Part shown: piece after piece, positions 58,339 through 64,000 of the stretch
How the letters are laid out: every line of letters starts with the position of its first letter
Position numbering within the stretch: position 1 is the first letter of the stretch
Assembly: GCA_963662435.1 (NCBI GenBank)
Contig: OY759598.1
Span: 1,148,507 to 1,212,506, forward strand
Length of the DNA stretch: 64,000 nucleotides
DNA from: Dehalococcoidia bacterium
GTDB taxonomy: Bacteria; Chloroflexota; Dehalococcoidia; Lucifugimonadales; VXLM01
Reading direction: 5' to 3'
Position numbers and translations under genes: made by a program
The notes under the pieces: model-generated
What the model was told of the DNA's origin: nothing
Seen by the model: the letters and a program-made list of their open reading frames with translations, nothing else
Database searches by the model: none

Positions 58339-59418
58339 TCATCCTTTGTCCATCAAGAAATGCCACAGCTCTTCAAATCTGTCGCCCAGGGGAGGATCGA
58401 AGCGTAACACCGATTTCATGTCCCTTCCTCTCGATGCATCGCCCATGTATGCGGGACAGGCCGCAATCGCCTTCGCCAACTCATCCTTGCTCATGCCCAT
58501 ATCGGTGGGCCTCCAGCGGACGCCGCATGCATCCAGGCGGTCCGTGATGGTCTCGGGGTCCTGGTTTGTGTGCCAGGCGATGATGACCGTCCCCAGCGCC
58601 GCGAGTTCCCCGTGTACCCAGCCCTTGTCGTTCGCCAACTCGGCCGCCACGATGAATGCGTGGTCTCCGTTCGGCGCGTCGGGGTGCGAAATCGACGTGC
58701 TGTCGCGGTCTTTAACCGCGTTCATGATGAGCTTAACGGTCGCAGGCGTCAGCGCGCCGTCGGCTGCCAGGGTTTTCGGTAGATTCTCGACAATCCGCTC
58801 GTGAAGGGAGTTCATTTCCGAGGCATAAGATTCGTCATAGGGCTCACCGATTCCCTCACGCTCCCTGTGCTTCCACTCGCAGATGGACGAATACCCGCAC
58901 AGGACGTCACCTATGCCGGCGAGGTTCAGGTGATCCGGCGCGCTGAGGATGATGTCGTAGTCGACCAGCACGTACTCAGGATCGATCCAAGGCCAGTTCT
59001 TCATGTCGCCGAGGTTTCGCCCTTCCCACTCGGCGAAAACGCTGTGAATGATCGCTCCAGTCGATACGATAGTAGGTATCTGCACGATGGGCAGCTGCTT
59101 GCTGAGAGCGACGTACTTGGCTGCGTCCAGCACAAGCCCACCTCCGATGCCCACGACGAGTTCAAGATCGTCTGGCAGTTGGTCGGTGAACCGTTTCAGG
59201 TAGCCAAAGTCCATCGCTTCGGGATACTCCACAGTCACCGGGGACCGTGTCAGGTGCGGCTCCGTCATTCGATACGCGGTAGGTGAAGTAACGGCCACGT
59301 ACCTCGGCCATTGAGAGCTCGTCGATCTGACGAGGTGGTTGCCGTATCGAATATCGTATTCGGACGCGGGCGTCATCTGATCAAAACCGCTCCAAGCCCC
59401 ACGTGGCGGTCTCTTCAT
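58339..59418 (-). CDS. Glycerol-1-phosphate dehydrogenase-like / iron-containing alcohol dehydrogenase
   Basis: GIGGG..LDAAK, PTIVS, AGIGDVL, GDH, HGELAALG. Confidence 0.8.
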   Translation of the reverse strand: MKRPPRGAWSGFDQMTPASEYDIRYGNHLVRSTSSQWPRYVAVTSPTAYRMTEPHLTRSPVTVEYPEAMDFGYLKRFTDQLPDDLELVVGIGGGLVLDAAKYVALSKQLPIVQIPTIVSTGAIIHSVFAEWEGRNLGDMKNWPWIDPEYVLVDYDIILSAPDHLNLAGIGDVLCGYSSICEWKHREREGIGEPYDESYASEMNSLHERIVENLPKTLAADGALTPATVKLIMNAVKDRDSTSISHPDAPNGDHAFIVAAELANDKGWVHGELAALGTVIIAWHTNQDPETITDRLDACGVRWRPTDMGMSKDELAKAIAACPAYMGDASRGRDMKSVLRFDPPLGDRFEELWHFLMDKG

Positions 59419-59473
59419 GTCCACCTCCCCCGCTATAGGCATTTGGTGTTCCCGGGAGCCAAGGGCTCCGGGG

Positions 59474-60340
59474 TCACGTTGTTGTCCTTGGAATAGCTAA
59501 CCCTGGCGTATTGAACCGAATGCTGTAGACAGAAGTCATAGCCGCGACGTACATCGTCCGGTTGTCATCGTCACCCCATGCCATGTTGATTACCTGCTCC
59601 GGGAACTCGATCACTCCAATAACGTCCGCTTCCGGCGTCAAGACCCACAAACCACCCGGACCTGAGACGTACACCCTGCCAATAGAGTCGACCTTCATTC
59701 CGTCGGGGAATCCGGGTTTGTCCGATTCGGGGAAGGTAAAGAACCGCCTCTGGTTGGATAGAGACCCGTCTTCGGCAACGTCGAATGCGTCGATGTGGGC
59801 GGAAGGCCGGGTATTGATCTGATAGTACGTCTTCTCGTCCGGCGAGATGGCCAGGCCGTTCGGGTCTTCGAAGGGGTAGACCTCCTCGTGCACCTCACCG
59901 TCCGGGTCGATACGGTAGACGCCGTTATGCTCGAAATCCGCCTCGCCATCCTCGAGGCCGCCAACTCCCCTATTGCTGAAATAGAGGCTGCCGTCTGAGC
60001 GTCCGACCACGTCGTTAGGCCGGTTCAGCCTCTTGTCGCCGCAGTGCGTGGCGATGGCTGTCACGTTGCCCGCGGCGTCCATGCTCGTTACGGCCCGTGC
60101 CATCTGCTCACAGGCGACTACGTTGCCTCTCAGGTCGAAAGTCAGGCCCGTAGCGCGGTCGGTGTCGTCGCGGTAGATGGTCTTTTCCTCGCCAGGGACG
60201 ACCTTCCATATTCGCCAAGGGCCTCCGACATCGGTGAACAACAGGTATCCATCAGGGTGCCACAGGGGTCCCTCAGTGAACTTGCACCCTGTAGCGACCA
60301 TTGATATTTCCGGCGATTCCAGTAGATCGGTAACGTCCAT
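59474..60340 (-). CDS. SMP-30/gluconolactonase family protein
   Basis: FTEGPLW, NRPND, PNGLAISPD, PDGMKVD. Confidence 0.93.
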   Translation of the reverse strand: MDVTDLLESPEISMVATGCKFTEGPLWHPDGYLLFTDVGGPWRIWKVVPGEEKTIYRDDTDRATGLTFDLRGNVVACEQMARAVTSMDAAGNVTAIATHCGDKRLNRPNDVVGRSDGSLYFSNRGVGGLEDGEADFEHNGVYRIDPDGEVHEEVYPFEDPNGLAISPDEKTYYQINTRPSAHIDAFDVAEDGSLSNQRRFFTFPESDKPGFPDGMKVDSIGRVYVSGPGGLWVLTPEADVIGVIEFPEQVINMAWGDDDNRTMYVAAMTSVYSIRFNTPGLAIPRTTT

Positions 60341-60451
60341 CCGTGTCTCCCTTTACCAGCTATTGAACAAGTTATAACCTTTGTACCGAGAAAGAGCAAT
60401 GCCCAAGCGCGTGTTCGGTGTCGCACGGAGGTCTGGAACGCCTCCCCTTCG

Positions 60452-60880
60452 TCAGCGATTCGCGGCCTCTACGAGGAGCGGCAACAGCCATCCGTAGATT
60501 CCAAGAAACGCCGCTGCGATGAGGGCCACACCCAAGACGACACGTCGCAGGAGCAATGCCGCTGGAACGGATATAAGGAGCGTTCCGAGGGCAAGCATGA
60601 ACGTGTATACGAAGCTGCCGGTCCCAAGACCCGCTCCCGGAGCCTGTTTAACGCTGAGTCGGTAGAGCAGTCCCAACATGCCGCCCAGCAACGTAAACGT
60701 GGGGTACGAGATGACGACGAGGCCCAGCATCAGGGTCGTTGGGTTCACACGACGCACGAAGTCCCCTGCCCGGCTCCCGGTGTCTCGTGCGAGTGAGAAG
60801 ACCATCACCGGCGCGACCGCAACGAACACCAGCATCAGCACAAGCCCCGCCACTGCCCCGGCGATGAAATCGACCAACAA
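60452..60880 (-). CDS. Hypothetical membrane protein
   Basis: About four hydrophobic segments; SD AGGAGG upstream. Confidence 0.65.
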   Translation of the reverse strand: MLVDFIAGAVAGLVLMLVFVAVAPVMVFSLARDTGSRAGDFVRRVNPTTLMLGLVVISYPTFTLLGGMLGLLYRLSVKQAPGAGLGTGSFVYTFMLALGTLLISVPAALLLRRVVLGVALIAAAFLGIYGWLLPLLVEAANR

Positions 60881-61022
60881 CCATCCTCCTAACCCTGTAA
60901 TTCAGACGGAAGTATACGCCACCCAAGACATGAAAATGACAGTATCGTGTGATGACAGTGCCTCACGGGTATGGGAGAATCGAGACAGAATGATTTGAAT
61001 GACCTCATCAAGGAGGAAAAAG

Positions 61023-61265
61023 ATGGCAAGGACTGAAAGCAACAGCAGCCCACTTCTGTGGATCGGAGGCGTCCTGCTTGCTGCGGGAGCGCTGATCATC
61101 GGAGGGTTCTGGGTTTACGCGATCACGGCAGCCGAGGACATGCCTGTCCTCCTGCTCGTGGCCTTTGCCGCCGGGCTGATAGGATCGGCGGTACTGCTGG
61201 TTGCCGCCATTCGAGACAGAGTCAAACACAAGAAAGAAGAGCAATTCCTGGAGGTGGACAATTGA
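61023..61265 (+). CDS. Small 2-TM membrane protein
   Basis: SD AGGAGG; stop overlaps the YbjQ start. Confidence 0.65.
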   Translation: MARTESNSSPLLWIGGVLLAAGALIIGGFWVYAITAAEDMPVLLLVAFAAGLIGSAVLLVAAIRDRVKHKKEEQFLEVDN

Positions 61266-61576
61266 TCGTAACAACGACCGACAACATACCCGGAGCTACT
61301 ATCGTCGAGACGCTGGGGCTGGTGCGTGGGAGCACAGTGCGTGCCCGCCACATTGGCCGCGACATCATGGCGGGATTCCGCAACATAGTCGGCGGCGAAG
61401 TAGACGAGTACACCAAGCTCCTGGCGGAGGCCCGCGAGCAGTCGCTTCAGCGCATGATTGAAAGTGCCGAGGGGATGGGTGCCACCGCCGTTGTCGGCGT
61501 GAGGTTCATCACGGCGGGCGTTGCCCAGGGTGCGGCGGAGATCGTCGTGTACGGGACCGCCGTCAAGGTAGCATAA
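61262..61576 (+). CDS. YbjQ/UPF0145 family protein
   Basis: IVTTTDNIPG, LGLVRG, RNIVGGE..EY, YGTAV; TTG start at 61262. Confidence 0.9.
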   Translation: MIVTTTDNIPGATIVETLGLVRGSTVRARHIGRDIMAGFRNIVGGEVDEYTKLLAEAREQSLQRMIESAEGMGATAVVGVRFITAGVAQGAAEIVVYGTAVKVA

Positions 61577-61738
61577 CCAAGCTAAACGAAACGTACTCCC
61601 TAGACTTTTGGCTGCTGGTCAAATGCACTGTTCCAGGGTCAATGACAATACAATTGACCGTGACTCACCTCGCCAAGCAGGGTTTATTTCGCAGGGCGCG
61701 GGACGAGCGACTCGTGAGGCCCGGAACCCCTTGTTGGC

Positions 61739-62713
61739 TCAAACGCCTTCTTTGCTCGGCTCCGAATCCCGCTCTGACCTTGAGCGTTTCCAGGATATTC
61801 CCTCTCGCGGAAGGAAGATTGCCGCAACAATCGTGGGCGGGATGAAGAATAGCAGATGGACAATGACGGCAAATGGAAAGGCGTCGTCCTTGGCCACGTC
61901 TATGAGCCCCAGCACGAAGACAACCGCGAAGTGAAACGTCCCGATGCCGCTGGGAGCCGGGACCGCCGTCGAAAAGAAGATCGTTCCGATAATGACAAGG
62001 GTTGCCGTCAGTGCAGAGATCGGGAGGCCGATGGCATCAGATGCGATCCATGCGGAGACCCCGACCATTAGCCAGTACGCTAAGCTGACGGCGTATACCT
62101 TCAGCAATAGTTTCCAGTCCATGGCAAGTGCCCGCAAGGCATTGGAGAAGGCAACAACGAACGTGATCCGGCGAATCAGCCATAGGGACTCTCCTCTCCA
62201 CGCCAAGATCTGCAGCGCTCCAACTAAGGTCAGTCCAATCGCTATAGTCCCCCACACGTAGGGCGCAAGGGGCCGCATCTCCGGAACGAGCATAAACGCA
62301 ACACCGAAGATCAGCATACTGGACAGAAAGTCGACGGCCCGCTCCATGCCTATGGCCGCGAGCACGGTGGATGCCTTGAGTCCGTCCTTTATCGTTAGGA
62401 CGGCAATCTGCGTGACTTCACTCGCCACTCGCAGGGGCATGATATTGCTGAGTCCCAATCCCTCGTGCTGGACGATGAAAAGCCTCTGTACTGTAGGCTT
62501 AGGCTGAGGGAACAACATCCGCCAGCGCGCGGCTCGAAGCACACCTGATCCCATGAACACCGCAAGCGAGAGTATGAGCATCAGCGGAGAAACTCTCGCA
62601 AGATGGTCCACCACGAGACCCCAGTCGAGACCTCGTATCGCGAACCACCCCAGCCCTGCACCTATTCCTATGCCTAGCGCGAGTCTTCCGTATGTGAGCG
62701 CTGCGCGTTTCAA
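61739..62713 (-). CDS. Lysylphosphatidylglycerol synthase TM-region (UPF0104, flippase-like) protein
   Basis: LRAARW, NIMPLR..E, ERAVD, PAPSGIGTFH. Confidence 0.85.
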   Translation of the reverse strand: MKRAALTYGRLALGIGIGAGLGWFAIRGLDWGLVVDHLARVSPLMLILSLAVFMGSGVLRAARWRMLFPQPKPTVQRLFIVQHEGLGLSNIMPLRVASEVTQIAVLTIKDGLKASTVLAAIGMERAVDFLSSMLIFGVAFMLVPEMRPLAPYVWGTIAIGLTLVGALQILAWRGESLWLIRRITFVVAFSNALRALAMDWKLLLKVYAVSLAYWLMVGVSAWIASDAIGLPISALTATLVIIGTIFFSTAVPAPSGIGTFHFAVVFVLGLIDVAKDDAFPFAVIVHLLFFIPPTIVAAIFLPREGISWKRSRSERDSEPSKEGV

Positions 62714-62817
62714 GTACGATAGTTTAAGCGAAGACGAAAATCGGCCATAATATTGGCGAACGGTTTAATGCGGGCCCGTACAGGCAGCCGCACCAGAAAT
62801 CCTCGCCGGTAACGACG

Positions 62818-63639
62818 ATGATAACACGGGACACCTCACCTCCGCTCATTGACACGCACTGCCACCTGGACGCCTACGACTCGGACATCGAGGTCGGGGA
62901 AGTCCTGGCACGCGCAACGGCGGTAGGGGTTAGACTAATCGTTAACGCGGGCACGACTGTCGACTCCTCCCGTCGCTGCGTCCAACTGACACAAGCCTTT
63001 CCCGAACTGTATGCAGGCGTTGGCATCCATCCGATGGACCTGACCGGTCCCGTTGACGAGTGCGTCTATGCACAGCTGCACAAATGCGCTACGTCTACAG
63101 ACAAGGTCCTCGTTATCAGCGAGATCGGTCTCGACTTCATGGAGAACATGCCCGACCGAGCGATGCAGTACCAGGCGTTCCGCGAGCAGATCAGGCTGGC
63201 TCGCGAACTTCGATTGCCCATCGTGTTTCACAGCAGAGAAGCCCATGATGACGTGCTTCGCGTCCTCCGCGAGGAGCGAGCCTACGAGGTGGGCGGCACG
63301 ATGCACTATTTCCAGGGAGATCTGGATACAGCGCGCGCGGCAATAGATCTCGGCTTCTACATCTCGCTGGCCAAGCCCTTGCTCCGCCTTCCGCAACTGC
63401 AAGCCGTAGCGGCCGAGTTGCCCCTAGAGAATATAGTGCTGGAGACCGATTCAGCACCTCAGCCGTTCAAATCGAAACGCGACAGGTGGACGGAGCCACG
63501 TCATTTGCAGGACATAGCCCAAGAGCTGGCAGAGCTGCAGGGAACGGATGTCGATCACATTCGGGTAACAACCACGGAGAATTTCTTCAGGATGCTTGGT
63601 GCCCTGGGAGGCAAGGTACGGGCTTCCGTCCTCGGATAG
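62818..63639 (+). CDS. tatD: TatD-family hydrolase
   Basis: DTHCHL, GIHP, EIGLD, HSREA, LETDS. Confidence 0.93.
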   Translation: MITRDTSPPLIDTHCHLDAYDSDIEVGEVLARATAVGVRLIVNAGTTVDSSRRCVQLTQAFPELYAGVGIHPMDLTGPVDECVYAQLHKCATSTDKVLVISEIGLDFMENMPDRAMQYQAFREQIRLARELRLPIVFHSREAHDDVLRVLREERAYEVGGTMHYFQGDLDTARAAIDLGFYISLAKPLLRLPQLQAVAAELPLENIVLETDSAPQPFKSKRDRWTEPRHLQDIAQELAELQGTDVDHIRVTTTENFFRMLGALGGKVRASVLG

Positions 63640-63653
63640 CCCTCTCAACCGGC

Positions 63654-64000
63654 CTATCCCTCCGGCATGGCAACGACCGTATCGAAATATCCGGACAGCA
63701 GGATTCCCGGCAAGAGCTGCATTCCCACCACCCACCCTAGGGAACCGTCCATGATCGCCCCTAACCAGTCCGACTGACGGATCTCCTGGAGAGCGATGAT
63801 CCCTGCTACGAGCATCCATATTGTCGCGATATTGAAGAAAAGACTTTCCAGTGGGGTGAAAGCTGTGAAGAAGAGGAGGATTCCAGGTCCGAAGCAGATG
63901 CCGAGCACGCGAACGATCTCTCGAAACGTCACCTGGTCTCGCTGGAAAATCCGTCCGACTCCATAGGCGATTCCCGCCCAGATCAGCCATCCGACCATGA
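63654..64000 (-). CDS. Yip1-like membrane protein (5' truncated by the window edge)
   Basis: Hydrophobic helices, T/F.EIVRVLG...PG pattern. Confidence 0.55.
   Translation of the reverse strand, partial: MVGWLIWAGIAYGVGRIFQRDQVTFREIVRVLGICFGPGILLFFTAFTPLESLFFNIATIWMLVAGIIALQEIRQSDWLGAIMDGSLGWVVGMQLLPGILLSGYFDTVVAMPEG

Overview
GC-rich bacterial chromosome segment. The gene repertoire (F420-type PPOX enzyme, expanded paralogous hydrolases, long-linker lipoprotein solute-binding protein) suggests Chloroflexota/Dehalococcoidia, SAR202-like; this is inference only. The window contains an Opp/Dpp-type ABC operon, three paralogous cytoplasmic Asp-box beta-propeller hydrolases, two PIN toxin-antitoxin loci, tRNA-Leu(GAG) and tRNA-Cys(GCA), several GNATs including a GNAT/cytidylate-kinase-like fusion, a squalene-synthase-type enzyme, a catabolic gene island, and DNA repair genes (DnaQ-DinG, 8-oxoG glycosylase, TatD). 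The main candidate for a novel system is at 27987-39800, a fully modular corrinoid methyl-transfer cluster. It has a stand-alone homocysteine methyltransferase, a pterin-binding methyltransferase, a corrinoid protein, an MtaA/CmuA-family methyltransferase, an ASKHA/RACo activator and a 'Virulence_fact'-domain protein. It also has two unassigned proteins (one internally duplicated, one a small 4-Cys protein), an embedded DUF1538-DUF1538-PII-CBS module, and similar 10-bp-phased triple repeats upstream of two of its genes. Intergenic DNA carries several families of palindromic repeats, including a two-copy ~230-bp REPIN/MITE-like element. Two genes have single-base frameshifts. No CRISPR array, rRNA, integrase or transposase was seen. 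All family assignments come from motif recognition, not database searches.
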